From the human T2T-CHM13v2.0 reference genome, Homo sapiens, in assembly GCF_009914755.1 (NCBI RefSeq), contig NC_060925.1: a stretch of 64,000 nucleotides of DNA; one strand, given 5' to 3'. A program made the translations under genes and the position numbers. This document shows, piece after piece, positions 39,270 to 52,871 of the stretch (position 1 is the first letter of the stretch; the number at the start of each line of letters is the position of its first letter). Under the pieces are notes generated by a model that had not been told where the DNA came from, ran no database searches, and worked only from the letters and a program-made list of their open reading frames with translations.

Positions 39270-40070
39270 TGCTTCCCAACTTCCAGAATATGGAATATGT
39301 ACTGAATCAAAAAAAACTATACATGGCACTGAATCTACAATAGCTACAGTGTATGGGTCAGGTATCAAGGGGTGAAAGTAAGTATGCCCACTCTCACATC
39401 CAGGGACCTACTTGCAAGATTGTGCTTCCTTCTCCCACAACTTTGTTCTTGAGTATAGGGTACACATCCACCAGAGAATTAAATAATGGTTCCACTAAAC
39501 TGGAAACACTGTAATTATGACGTGCCTACTTTAAGCACATCTTTTCAGTGGAACTGTAGACAAAGAAAGACGTTACTATGTCATAAACGCAGCAGGGAAG
39601 AGTATATGTGGAACTCAGGCAATTCACTGAAGGGTCTTTTAATATTTCCATGCTGACTAATAATCATCAATGGGCAATGACAGTAACCACAAACCCCACC
39701 AGAGTTGGGCAAGTAAGGGCTTATTTCCATCAGCAATGAGGGTCTGTCTTATCCCAACAGGCAACTAACTGGACTAACTGAAATATTGGCCAATGGTGAG
39801 GGAAATCTAAAATGATAAAGGATGGAGATAATAAATGTCGTTCACGGCCTCAGCATCAGTTTCAGCAGCAGAAACTATACTTTGTTTCTGTAAGCTTCGT
39901 GGCTTAAGTCTTGCAGACAACAAATGACAAACAATCTAGAGGAGGATTCTACCAGTGATTGGACCTGTTCTTCCCTCTTTGGGAAGGAATAAGAACACCA
40001 AAAAAAAAAAATACTCGGGGGAGACCCCATATTGTAGTACAAGAGCCAGATATAAGAGGGCAAGGGGGGA
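39270..40070 (+). mobile_element. ERVL internal fragment (integrase C-terminus/dUTPase region) ending in a polypurine tract
   Basis: IHGTESTIATVYGSG resembles ERVL IYGAVSPIARIHGSG; ATGGTTCCACTAAACTGGAAA = MVPLNWK; GAAGAGTATATGTGGAAC = EEYMWN; PPT AAGAGGGCAAGGGGGGA at 40054-40070. Confidence 0.75.
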
Positions 40071-40071
40071 T

Positions 40072-40755
40072 TGGAATGGCCCAGGAGGGGAACAGATGGG
40101 ACATCTTGGGTCAGATTTAGATTCCCTTGGCTTCACCCATCTCAGAGGCCTTTGGATATTTGTTTTGCATTGGCATTGTTGTATTGACACACTTAGTACA
40201 GGTCTGTGTGGTTCTACCAAATGAAGCTAAACATATACTTGCTCAGGAAAGCTGGACTCTCTTCTATAACAGACACCACACAACCAGGCTGACCAGCCAT
40301 GTGTCCAGTGTTTCTGTCTCTCCAGCCATTTCTGCCCTTAGATGAAACACCCTACCATAGAATTCAGGATCTAGTTTCCCAAAAGCCACCCAGGAAGACA
40401 AATAATGTACCTGGAAAGCGCAGAGGAATTGATATCTTTGGGGGCAAAGTTTGAATAGTAGGGAAAAGGAAAAGATTGGAGAGAGCCAAACAGATAAACT
40501 CCCTCTTCCTTCTTCTCAAGTACTGTTCTCTGGTGTGCTTTCTCTTTACAGCCTCTCCAGAGGCATTCTGCAAGGCCAAACAAGCACCTCCAACAAGCTA
40601 TCTGCTGAATACATCACACTGCACTGCTTCCTATACTTCCCTGACTCAATTTCTTTTCCCCCATTTTTATTGCCCTATCTTTACAGCTCCCAGAGAGAGC
40701 ATCAGCAGTTAATCTTGGCCCAGATGCTATTTTCTGGGGGACCATGGAAAAGGCA
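40072..40755 (+). mobile_element. ERVL 3' LTR (LTR33/LTR41-like)
   Basis: Starts TG just after the PPT; ends TTTTCTGGGGGACCATGGAAAAGGCA. Confidence 0.6.
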
Positions 40756-42052
40756 GATATAACAACAAGAACAACAATATGAAATTATTATTATTATTAT
40801 AGCAAAACTTACTTTTATTGGGTCCTACTCTGTGCCAAGCACTGTTCTATACATTAACTCATGTACTCCATTAATAGCAGGAGTCATGGCTTATTAATCT
40901 TTGTAACCCCAGTACACAGCACATAACAGGGCAGATGGTAGGTAGTCTCAGAAAATGTTTGAGAAATAATACATGTCTCCATAACAGAGCTTTGAAGCTA
41001 GTCATTTGCAAGACCTCCATTTTAATTTAGCTGCATTTCTCAAAACCAGTCCTAGTGAGCACTTACCAGGCACCAGAAATTTCCACATATTTTGTCTCAT
41101 TTAGTACCCAAAATTGTCTTGTAATATAACATTATAATATGTTCTATAGGTGATAAAACTGAAACCAGTGGAGGTAGAATTGAATCTCAGAATGGACATT
41201 TACTTACCCTAAGTTAGAAAACAATATTAAATAAATTATTTAACAAGTCTGAGCCTTTTAAATGGTGATATTAACAAGAAATGCCCTACTTTCTTAAATG
41301 GCTATTGGCAGGGTGAAAAGTGAATTGTTCTACAGGTGCCAATTTCCAAATATTGATGAGGAAATTCAGGCTCAAAATATTAAAAGCCTTGCTGAGTGTC
41401 CTACAAATTTCATAGTACACACATGGGAATTTTCTCTGAATCGACTGCCAGAACAATTTATATTATACCTTATTGTGGATCTTGGGTAAAAGTAGAGAAC
41501 AGATTTCAGATGTCCTCATTCTACCCATCTGTGTCCCCACAACACATTTCCAAAAACAGCAGGTAGGAGTACAGCAGGCAGGATTCCCTTTAGGGACTGC
41601 ATACCATGACAACTTTCAAGAGACCGGAGCACAGGGGATTATCAGTTTGCCAATGTGAAAACAAAGCTTTCCTTATTAATAAGTCCTTGGCACTTGATAA
41701 TTTTCCCAGGGCTTTAATTTCTGTTAATGGTTAGTTTGTAAGTTTAATAATATAACTTAGATAAAAGAAAAAGGTGCGTGTGCAGACAATGCGGCAATGT
41801 CTACTTTTAAAGCAAAACAATATTTGGGTTGTTGAGTAGAGTCAGAAAAGGAGCCAAGGATAATAGTGAACAGCAACAACAAATCCTGTCCACTTAGTAA
41901 CTTCAGGGTTCAGGTTAGGGACACAATGTAGCATTCTATGTCAGAGATGTGGGAGCAGCACTTACGCACATGGCCAGACTCTTCACTTCTAAGCAATATG
42001 TTCTTCCCTGAGACTATCAGCGGTGGTTTAGCATGGGTTAAAGGAAGATGAT

Positions 42053-44541
42053 CTTTTCTTTTTCTTTTTTCTTAACATTTTAATTAACATAAAATAATGA
42101 TTATTTATATTTTTGAGGGTATAGTGTGATGTTTTGTACACATTGTGAAATGACTATATTAAGCTAATTAACATGTCTATCCTCTCACACACTTAATTTT
42201 TGGGGGAGAACATTTAAAATCTACTCTCAGCAATTTTCAAATATACATTATCATTAACTATAGCCACCATGCTGTACGTTAGATCTCCAAAACTTATTCC
42301 CCCTATCTAATGGAAACTCTGTATCCTTTGACAAGCACCTCCCCATTCCCCTGAGTCCCCATCTGCTGGTAACCACCATTCTACTTTCTGCTTCTGAGTT
42401 TGATTTTTTTAGATTTCACATATAAGTAAGATCATGCAGTATTTGTGTTTCTGTGCCTGGCTTATTTCACATAGCATAATGTTCTCCAGGTTCATTCATG
42501 TTGTTGCAAATGACAGAATATCTTCTTTTTTAAGGCTGAACAGTATTCTATTTTGCATATATACCACTTTTTAAATGTATTAATCTGTGGATGGACACTG
42601 ATCTTGGCTATCGTGAATCATGCTGCAATGAACATGGACATGAAGTTATCTCTTTGGGATACTAATTTAATTTCCACTGGAAGCCCAAAAGTGGGCTTGC
42701 TGGATCATATGCTAACTCTATTTTCAATTGTTTGAGGAACCTCCATACTGTTTTCCTTAATGGTTGTACTAATTTACATTTCCACCGACAATGTGGAAGG
42801 TTCCTTTTTCTCCACATCCTTACCAATACTTGTTATCTTTCATCTTTTTTATAATAATTATCCTAACAGGTGTGAGATGATGTTTCATTGTGGTTTTGAT
42901 TTGCATTTCCCTGATAATTAGCGATGTTCAGCATTTTTTCCTATACCCACTGGCCTTTTGTATGTCTTCTTTTGAGAAATGTCTATTCAGATCATGTGCC
43001 CATTTTTAAACTTTGATCTGGTTATTTGTTTTATTGTCAATTTGTTGAATCCCTTATATATTTTGGATATTAACCCATTATCAAACGTATGATTTGCAAT
43101 TTTTTTTTTTTTTCTGAGACAGGTTCTGGCACTGTCACCCAGGCTGGAGTGCTGTGGCACGATCTTGGCTCATTGCAACCTCCACCTCCTGAACTCAAAC
43201 AATCCTCCTGCCTCCGCCCCCCAAGTACCTGAGACTACAGGTGTGTGCCATCAAGCCCTGTTAATTTTTGTATTTTTTGTAGAAATGGGGTTTTGCCATG
43301 TTTCCCAGGCTGGTCTCAAACTCCTGAACTCAAGCAATTTACCTGCTTTGGCCTCCCAAAGTGCTGGGGTTACAGACATGAGCCACTGCTTCCGGCCAGG
43401 TTTGCAAATATTTTCTTCTAATTCATAGGTTGTCTCTTCACTGTGTTAATTGTTTTCTTTTCTGTGTAGATGCTTTGTTTTTGGTGCAATCCTCTTTGTC
43501 TATTTTTGCTTTTGCTGCCTTTGCTCTTGGGGTGATATTGAAAAGCCCTTGCCCAGACCAAAGGAATGAAGGTTTTCCCTTATGTTTTCTTTTAGTAGTG
43601 TTACAGTTTCAGGTCTTCCATTCAAGTCTTTAATCAATTGTGAGTTTATTTTTGCATATGGTATAAGAAAAGGGTCCAATTTCATTCTTCTGCAAGTGGA
43701 TATCCTGTTTTCCCATCAGCGTTTATTGAAGAGACTAACTTTTCCCCATTACATGTTCTTGGGGAAATAATACATTATAACACCTTTGTAAAAAATCATG
43801 ACTATATACATGTGGGTTTACTTCTGGGCTCCTTATTCTGTTTCATTTGTTGCTATGTCTGGTTTTATGCCAGTATCATGCTGTTTTGCTCACTGTAGCT
43901 TTGTAACATATTTTGAAATCAGGTAGTATGATGGCCACCAGATTTGTTGTTTTTGCTCAAGATGGCTTTGGCTAGTAGAGGATTTTTATGGTACCATGCA
44001 AATTTTAGGATTGGTTTTTTTTCTATTTCTGTTAAAAATATCATTGGATTTTTTTAATTGGAATTTTGATAGGGATTGCATTGAATCTATAGATTGCTTT
44101 GGATAGTATGGACATTTTAACAATATTAATTCTTCCAATCCATAAACATAAGATATCCTTCCATTTATTTGTATCTTCTTCAATTTCATTCATCACCATT
44201 CATTTTATAGCTTTTAGTATATAGACCTTTAACCTCCTTAGTTAAATTTATTTATAGGTATATTTTGATGCTATTATAAATGGGATTATTTTCTTAATTT
44301 CTTTTTAAGATGCTTCGTTTTTACTGTACAGGAATGCTACCGGTTTTGTATGTTGATTTTGTGTCCTACAACTTTACTGAATTTGTTTATTAGTTTTATC
44401 AGGTTTTTTTGGTGGAGGGTTTTCTATATATAAGGGTTTTCTATATATAAGATCATGTTGCCGGCAAAGACCATTTAACTTCTTCCTTTTTTATTTAAAT
44501 GCCTTTTATTTATTTTTATTACCTAATTGCTCTGGCTAAGA
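42053..44541 (-). mobile_element. L1MA (approx. MA6-8) 3' ~2.2 kb, interrupted by an AluJ
   Basis: Antisense 3'UTR (AAGCTAATTAACAT...ACATTTAAAATCTACTCTC...); ORF 43500..43685(-) MKLDPFLIPYAKINS matches ORF2p. Confidence 0.9.
43100..43397 (-). mobile_element. AluJ (Jb-like)
   Basis: T-tail; CTCAAACAATCCTCCTGCCTC; GAACTCAAGCAATTTACC; TSD-like TGATTTGCAA / AGGTTTGCAA. Confidence 0.92.
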
Positions 44542-45234
44542 AAAATGTGCTCTTGAAGCATAACATTTAGAATGTATCTGTGGTCACAGAGTGGGATCTT
44601 GGCATGTCTCGTCAATAAATGGTGTTGAGAGGAAACTGGAATTCAAGAAGTCCTCTGTAATTTTTGCAGTCCTATGCAATTGCAGAGCTAGAATTCGTAA
44701 AAGCTATAGTAACTTGAGCAAAACCACAGAGGTTAGGTTTTCCATATTTTGTTAGGCCCCATTTAGCTAAAGCATATGGTATGGGAGGTATGCCTGGAAA
44801 TGTCGCTTTTGGTAAAATTGCAAGAGGACTTTGAATGCTTTGTGGGCATTTGTGAATGTTCAGGAGGCTATGAGAAATTAATTAAGATTCTTGACAAATG
44901 AAATAACATGACTTGAAATTTACTTCAGAAAAATTAATCCTGCCACACTGTGTAGGTTGAATTGGAGTAAAAAAAAATGCAAATAAATGGGACAAGCAAT
45001 TAAAAAGATGATTATAGTAGCTCAGAAAAAGAAGAAATGAGACGTCCCAGGGATTTATTTATTCTCAGTTCTCAGACTGTGTTATGGAACTTTCAAGTTG
45101 CCAGGTAAGAGCCTTCCAAATAAAAAAGTAGGTGTCCTTGTCATTCCCAGGAATTCTCATGGTAAAAGGAAAAGACAAGTAATTCTAGATAAAGACATTT
45201 CTGGGGAGAGGAAAGAGAACTCTAGCTCTCTGGG

Positions 45235-45695
45235 GCAGAGGCTGCTGAATACAATCTCATAAACATTTCCCCCTTCTCTCATTGTAATAGAAGCCTCAAT
45301 TATTTGAGACAGCAATGAACCTAGCTAAAAGACTGCGTTTCCTATCCTCCTTGCACCTGACTGTGGTAAAATGAAAAAGATCTAAGTAATGAAAAGTGGT
45401 AGAAATAGCAGAAAAGCTGCTAAAGGAAACCGACTTGACTGGAAACTGGGCCCTTTTGTCCTATCCTCCTCCTTCCTGTTGCCAGCCTGGAACAATGATG
45501 TAATGTTCCAACTGCCATCTTGGACAATGAGGTGACCTTGAGAATGAAAGCAATATACTGATGGTGGTAAAGCAGAAAATGGCCCTGAACATCTTTTGCA
45601 TGAGGGGCAAACTCCTCTCTTGTTTGAGTCACTATTGATTGTTTGGTGTTTCCTATGAATATTATACACAGCTAAACCTAGTCTTAAGTAATACA
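45235..45695 (+). mobile_element. MaLR solo LTR, MLT1J-like
   Basis: CCTAGCTAAAAGACTGCGTTTCC...GCCATCTTGGACAATGAGGTGACCTTGAGAATGAAAGC...TAAGTAATACA. Confidence 0.75.
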
Positions 45696-45829
45696 TCCAC
45701 TTTGCAAACGTAAACTTTGGGAGCCTGGGACTTAGAGTTAGACTTGACTCTCTTAAAGTAATTATTAATTTATTAAAATAAAGAATCCCAGAGATAGTAA
45801 CTACTATAATCGCTCACTTCCTACAGGGG

Positions 45830-46330
45830 TCCAGCTATTAAATCTACTCTGTATAGCCTCCATCCAGATGGCATTATTTTCAATTGTTTCCTAAAATTCT
45901 GCACAACGTGCATCTTCCTTTTCATCCCTACCACCATTGCCTTAATTCAGTCTCTCTTATTTTCTGTGCCTATTGACAGAAGCCTCCTCACTTGTTTCCC
46001 TGTCTCTAGTTTTATCCAGCCCTCACTCCACCCACATTGCCTACCTGTCTTCCACACTGACAACAAAATGCCTTGTCCAAACCCAAAGCCAATTACATCA
46101 TTTCTTACTTAAAACCTTTGTATGGCTCCAGATAACCTGGCACTGAATTTTTTTGTTTCAACTTTATCTCCCCATGATCTACTCCACATACTCCATTTCC
46201 CGTTTGCATCTCTTCTTAAACTCCTGAAGTCACACTGCCTCATGCCTCCTGTCTTTTCACTGGAATGCTCTTCCATCTCTTACCCACCTGGCTTGCCTTT
46301 GTTCATATTTAAAGACTGTGGAGGGTATCT
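45830..46330 (+). mobile_element. L2 fragment
   Basis: CCTACCACCATTGCCTTAATTCAG...TACTTAAAACCTTTGTATGGCTCC...CTGGAATGCTCTTCC. Confidence 0.6.
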
Positions 46331-46334
46331 AAGG

Positions 46335-47666
46335 CAGGAGTTCTCAAATGTTTTGGTCTCAGAGTCAGAGTCTACTCTTAAATATTATTGGGGACTGCAA
46401 GATGACTTGCTCATGTTATTTATATCTATTAATATTTACCGTGTAGAAATTTAAAATGAGAACAATTTTTACTATTTACATGAAATTCATTTTCAAATAA
46501 CAGTAATATGTGCTAAAATATATAAAAATTTTTCATTTAAAAATATATTTTCAAAAAATTCATGAAAAACTGGCATTGCTTTACATTTTTGCAAATTTCT
46601 CTAACGTTTGGTTTCATAGGATACAGATTTTAATATCTGCATCTACATTCAATCTGTATTGCTATGTTGGTTTGGTTGAAGTATATGAAGAAAATTTGGA
46701 ATAATCTGTGGGTATTAATTCAATCTGCACAAAAATTCAACAAGTGATAACCTCTTATTAGCTGCAATATGGAGTCTGAAACTATACTGATGAACTTTTT
46801 GTATTGTGTTACATTAAAACCCATTGGTCAACCTTAAATGAGCCTTTTATTTATGTGTGATCTCTATAGCATCATGTGTGGGTCATTTGAAAAACACCCA
46901 TTTACTGAGCCATGTAGATCATCCAAAAATTGATACATTGACCACACAATATCAAAAAAATTACATTTTTCACTGTCACCACAAATCTTTTCAGTAAAGG
47001 CTTTAAGTATTAGGAAACCATCAAATTCCCAGTGGCAGATTCCAAAATTATGATTTTTGTGTGAAAGCTCAAATTTTATCATGGCCAACAAATAGTGTTA
47101 GTTGTTTTCCTTAAATTAATATACTTTCTTTAGGAATATGTCTGCCTAACACCCAGATCTGAACAGCCATAGTTTTTCTATGTCATTCTTCCAAATAAAA
47201 AGATTTTTCTGTGAAAAAAGGCAGCTAGTTCAGCTTGCAACTAAATTACACAACTACTTTTCTTCAAGGCAGCCTTTGTACTTTAGTATGAGCAAAAAAC
47301 CTTCATGGCACAACTACTTTGCCCCACAGATGTTAAAAAGGTGTTATACAGGGTTGACATTTAATAAAAGTAATATTTTTTACTGATTATTCGAGAGAAT
47401 TCTTAAAGAGAACTGGCATTGTTTACTGTGAGTACACGGTGTTAAAGAATACAATGACTACTTACATAATTTGGTACTGCTTATCATGCTCTGGCACCTG
47501 TAGTTTTACTTACCATTGTTTTTGCACCATCAATACAAATGGTAACAGAGTGAAAAAAAGAAAATAATAGCTTAGGTTTATTAAGAAAAGTGTTTTGACC
47601 TCATGAACCCCCTAAAATGGCCTTGAGATCTTCAGGGGCTCAGGGACTATACCTTGAGAACCACTT
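46335..47666 (-). mobile_element. Charlie1a-like hAT DNA transposon (internally deleted)
   Basis: TIR-like ends CAGGAGTTCTCAAA / TTGAGAACCACTT; TTTTGGTCTCAG subterminal sequence; ORF 46864..47091(-) resembles hAT transposase; flanks ATCTAAGG/GTCTGTGA resemble the NTCTAGAN target. Confidence 0.85.
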
Positions 47667-47699
47667 GTCTGTGAGTCTAATCGTCCCCTCTTTGAGGAG

Positions 47700-48175
47700 T
47701 TGCCACCTTTCCACTCCTTTGATGAAGCTCCTGTGGAAGCTGCCCATTTCTAAGTAAGCCTGCCCCACCGCTACTTCTGACTGATTGGTCTCAGAGAGAC
47801 CCAGTGAATCCTTTCCCCAGGAAATTTGGCCTTAGAACTTTGAAAAGTGGACAGTTCATCGAAGCAGCCTCTTTTAGTGTCTGAGGCTATGAGATATAAA
47901 GCTTTAGAAGTGTCAGTGACAATACCTCCTGTCAAAGCGACCAAGAGACAGAGGAGACCATCTGCACTGAGTGAAACAGAGATGAGAAATGGAGAGAAAT
48001 CAAATGTTAATGTTCAAATAAATGGACCCAGATTTTCCTTAGGTCCAGCCATGTTGCCATTCTTGATGTTAATACCCCAGAATCTCTACAATAAAAGCCC
48101 CTCTTTATATATTGTTTATATAAATTTATATATTGTTTACATAAATTTTCTGTTACTTAAAATTAAAAGCATCTG
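47700..48175 (+). mobile_element. Old MaLR LTR (MLT1K/L-like)
   Basis: CTGATTGGTC...AATCCTTTCCCCAGGAAATT...CAATAAAAGCCC...TTTCTGTTACTT. Confidence 0.5.
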
Positions 48176-49529
48176 GCAAAAAAAATCGGCTCAAGAGACT
48201 CCTCATCTGTGAAGACTCCTTGACGCCATCCTCTAAGCAGAATTGATAATGTCAAATCAATTGGTTTGCCAAAATTAAAGCTAGCCCTCATCTTTAGTGT
48301 AGCACCTGCCTCACTGTAATCTCACTGTACTGTAATGGTTTCTCACTAGAATGTTCCCCCAATACACCGCAAGCTCCAAGAAAGCAGTAAAAGTATAGGA
48401 CTTTTTAAAAACTCAAATCTTAGCAAATTAAATATATAAACGGATAAGTAGGGAAAACGAGACAGAGAAAGAAGGAAGGAATAAAAAGAGCACATTCACA
48501 CAGACATAAAATCTTGTTATATTCCTTCCTGGCTGAGTCATTTTGGCTTTCTGAACCTGCACCAACCCACTTGCAAAATACCTAGGCCCCTAGGCTGAAG
48601 CTGAAATTCAGACACTTAAATGCCTTCACTAAGTAAAATTTTCCTAAGTTATGGAACTTTATCCTTGCTGGCTCAGTTTGAAACACTGATGTTACGGAAA
48701 CTATATTTTTGGTCATTCCTCTAGGAATCATGAAAATTGTGACATTTATAAAACTTTGTATTTATAAACAAAACTGTATAAATTGGAGGCATCCAACTAG
48801 ACCCCACCCATCTTCCCCATTTAACTACTTAGTCAAGAAACTTGAAAATTAAGTCCCACAAACCACAAATATAATAACCAAATATAAATGTTATAACTCT
48901 TTGACAATCTTTTAATATTCATTTCCTCATCTGTAAAACAGGGAAAAATATCCGACAGAGTTGACATAAAGGTTAAATGAGACAGTGTCTTTCTAGCAAT
49001 GTACTAGCATGGGGTAAGCTAAGTCGATTATTTTACAAGCTTTTTCTTCTCTCTCAGAAACATTATGTACTTTAAGCTTCCTCTCAGGAAGTTCGGATTG
49101 AAATAACATTTATAGATGAGCTAAGTCAGAGGATTGGCCTAAATTCACATAGCTTAGTAACTGCCACTGCCGGGGGCCCAACGCGGGCTTCCTGACTCCA
49201 CATCCTGCTCGTCCATTACACCTGTGGTCTCTCACCTTCGGGCAAAGAGTGCTAAGATTTCAGTTCAAGTATTTTATTCTACCTTTGGGTATTTAAGCAA
49301 ATGAATTTTGTAAAGAATTGAGAAAGAACTGAAAATAACAGTGAACATTTGAAGGCATTATAAGATGTGTAAAAGTAATGACAAGCAAATTTGAAATAAC
49401 AAGACATGAATTTTGGTTGGTGACTGCCCTGACGCCAGCTTGGCGAGTTGGGTAAGTCAGTTAAGCAAAAGGCACAGCAATTATGTTATGTGCAAAGCGG
49501 AATTTTTTTCTTGTCCTACAGGAAGAGGG

Positions 49530-50050
49530 AATGAATTCATTTTCTGAGCACCTATGTTCAGGCACTTCACAAGCATTATATTAATTAATTCTTATAACAG
49601 TCCTGCTCCGTGTGTATTATTATCCCTATTTTTTCTGACAAGAAATCTGGGGTCTAATAATTTAATTTGTCCAGGCTCACAGAATTAGTACCTGCGATTC
49701 CCACTACCCTAGACTGTTCTACCTGCCTTAAAAGATCACTGTGAGATAAAATGAAATAAGAGATGAGAACAAACATGTCACACTGTCCAAAATGTGGTAC
49801 TACTGGTGAATAGTCCTCAGCTGCGAAGTCAGTAAACTTGACTTTAAAGTTCTTACCTCTCCACTTACTATTAATAAGTGTACAGGTTTGTCAACATCAC
49901 TTCACTTCTCTGAACCTCAGTTTTCTCAACAATAAATGGGGCACAAGATTACAGGCATCGATGCCTGCCTTACAGACTGTTAGGAGACTCCAGCAAGACA
50001 GCAATTGTAAAAACCCTTTGTGCTCTGTAGAGCCCTATACAAATGTGTGC
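49530..50050. mobile_element. Two MIRs (minus ~49530-49730, plus ~49800-50050)
   Basis: CTGAGCACCTATGTTCAGGCACTTCAC...TTATCCCTATTTT; CACTTCACTTCTCTGAACCTCAGTTTTCTC. Confidence 0.7.
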
Positions 50051-51260
50051 TATTATTATTATTGCTATTACCATTATTATTACACCATGTTCTTTGGGCA
50101 AGACATTTATGTTAAACTGACACAGCACATAATTGGAGTGCTCAAGTTAAATAAATGAAGTCAGCTGTCTGACTCCTTTAAGATAAATGATGTTATTATA
50201 ACATAATTGTATAACCCCATATAGCTTACAGCAGCAAAAGGATGTGTATTTCACATGCCCTCCTATAATTACATCCCCATTATAATTTTGCAGTTAGTTG
50301 CGATGAGCTCTGGTCATGAAAACATGCCAATTTTGTATGGGATTGAAGTCTGCCTAATTTTAGCAAATTGAGAGTCACACAAAAGAAAAGAGATAAATAC
50401 TATGTTGTTATTTTTCATTAGAGAATTGCTATATTAAGAGGCTGCGATCCAGCTGTGTTTGTTTAAATAAAAGTGTGATTTGAATACCTCCTACAGCTAA
50501 TGTTCCTGCCAATGAATAAAAGATAAAAATGCGGCTCTCGTTGGATGGGAGTCTCTGCGTTCTAGCTGACTCGGAGATTTATTGTTCCACATAAGGAAGT
50601 TGAAAGCGTGGAGGGCAGACCACACGCAGCGGCCTTTTGTGTATTGTTTCAAGCCGTATCACTAATAGATTTCTTCCACCGAGGCTCCCAGCAATTCAGC
50701 TGTGCTCAAATGCTCCACTTAACTGTGAAAAAAAATAATAATAAAATAGTAATTATGCCTAAATGGCAAATGCAGCCCAGCTCAATGCCACAAGGAAGAA
50801 AGTAAACAGGAACAAATACTATTCAGAGAAGAAATGCTGTATTTTAATGCTGGTGATAATGGATGTAAGCCTCGTTTTTCTTTCAAAGACTCCTCTCACT
50901 CATATCCCAGTGCCTCTCTTTCCCCTGTGTCTCCCCTAAAAACTAGCAATATTCTCCTGACATTCATTCTCCTCAAGCCAGCCACCTCAGAATGAAAGAA
51001 ATGTGATATCCAGGCTATAGTGCAATTCCAAAGCGTGTGGAGTGATATTCTAGGAGCTTGGCATACCGGGATATAAGCAGGGTTAAAATCTCCACCCTCA
51101 AGCAGATCACAGTCTAATGATGGATGTAAGATATGCGTTCCCCATTCTCCAAACTGCTATCTTTTTGAAAAATGTCATTATCTCACTGCTTGCTCTTGAC
51201 CACTCAATTCCTGCCAAATCCCACTTTTCATCTTAAAGTAGCCATAGCAGACTTCTTATA

Positions 51261-51286
51261 GACACACACACACACATACACACACG
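51261..51286. repeat. (CA)n microsatellite
   Basis: Read directly. Confidence 0.9.
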
Positions 51287-51860
51287 TGCGTGGACACACA
51301 GCATGCTATCTCTTACCTCAGGCCTTTGCAAGCACTGCCTACCTTCTCTACTGACTTTTCTTCCCTCCCTTACCCATGTAGCAGACTCCTACTCATTTTC
51401 ATGATTCAATTCAAACACTGTTTCCCAGAAATCTTCCCTGCTCCACCCACGGGTGCTCCAAATGTGGGATGAGCAGACCTCCTCTCTGTTGCAAAGACGC
51501 ACTGCATAATCTGTCTTGCTGATCCTCAGCTCAGGAGGCTGGAGTGGGCTGGAGAGACATGCATCATGTGTTTCCCAACCCCATTCTGGAGCACAGGGAG
51601 CATATTTCTTCCTTTCTCTCTTTTATCTCCCCACCAATCTTTATCATCCACCAGAATCACAGCCATCATGAGCAACTGTCACTGATAGGAGTGCATTTTC
51701 AGATGAGTTAGAGCTGGAATAAGGAGACCTATAGTTGACTGAAATGTTCTGTTTGTTTCTCTGTCTCCCCATTAAGCCTCTGAGGGTGGAAACTGTATCA
51801 TTTCACCCCTACAACTTCAGGGCCCCTAACACTGACTAGAAATTTATAGATGTGTAGTAT

Positions 51861-51915
51861 GATGGATGGATGGATGGGTGAATGGATGGATGGATGGGTG
51901 AATAGATGAATGGAT
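51861..51915. repeat. (GGAT)n tetranucleotide repeat at an L2 3' end
   Basis: GATGGATGGATGGATGGGTGAATGG..., preceded by L2 tail sequence at ~51760-51860. Confidence 0.9.
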
Positions 51916-52651
51916 AATAAAACATAATTTAGGAAAGGAGACTGGTGACATACGAAAAGTGAAAACAACTGCAATGAGAGCCAAAATGAGGGACAGTTCA
52001 TTTACAGAGGGAAAATAATGAAGGATCCCTACAGAAAGAGTGACCGCAGAGGTAAGACTTAAAAGATCTTGTGATTAGGAACAAAGCATCCCAGGCAGAG
52101 GGTACAATGAAAGTAACGACTGAACAAACACACAAGAACCTACACTATCCAAAGGGTCCAGTTACTTTAGAAATCAACACTTAATTTTTTCCAGTAATAA
52201 CCAACCTCTGAGAACTTAAGAAACAATCTTCAAGACCTACCTGCATAGATAATGAAAAAAAAATCAGTTTCAGATGGTTTTGTTTCACTGTTTTTGTAAA
52301 ACCCAACTCTGGCTAACTAGCTTGATTTTCCACCTTTCTGTTCTTTCAAAGGCTGAATACATATGATTCACATCTACAGTATGTGCTCAGTATACTGAAT
52401 GAAGTGACTGAACTAATAAACTCAAAATTACCATCACTGGAGACAATAAAAGTGTCACATCACTTCATCAGAGTCACCACTTCATGGTGAAGAAGAATTG
52501 CTTGGTTTGAGGTTGGGGGAGAAGTCCCCCTTATTGACTGCTTAATTCTGTGCACATTATTTAATCTTGCTGAGCTTCCATTTCCTCTTCTACAAATGAC
52601 ATTAAAAACAGTTGCATCTAAGGCTATTGTTGAAATCAAATGAGACAACTA

Positions 52652-52720
52652 TTAGGTTAAACCACATGAAATTGCCATTTGATAGGTGAAAGAGCAGCAA
52701 TTTTATGTGGTTCAATCTAA
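52652..52720. mobile_element. MADE2 mariner MITE inserted in a MIR (~52520-52760)
   Basis: TIRs TTAGGTTAAACCACATGAAATTGC / GCAATTTTATGTGGTTCAATCTAA; TA on the left. Confidence 0.85.
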
Positions 52721-52871
52721 TGGAACAGTGATTAGAATATGATAAATGCTCAATTTATGTTAACAATAAATCTTTATTGTGTATACATGATAAATACTAG
52801 TTTAAACCCTATTTATATCATTTAGAAGCAGTTAATCAATAAGTCACTTATTGTTCTAACTGAATAATAAG

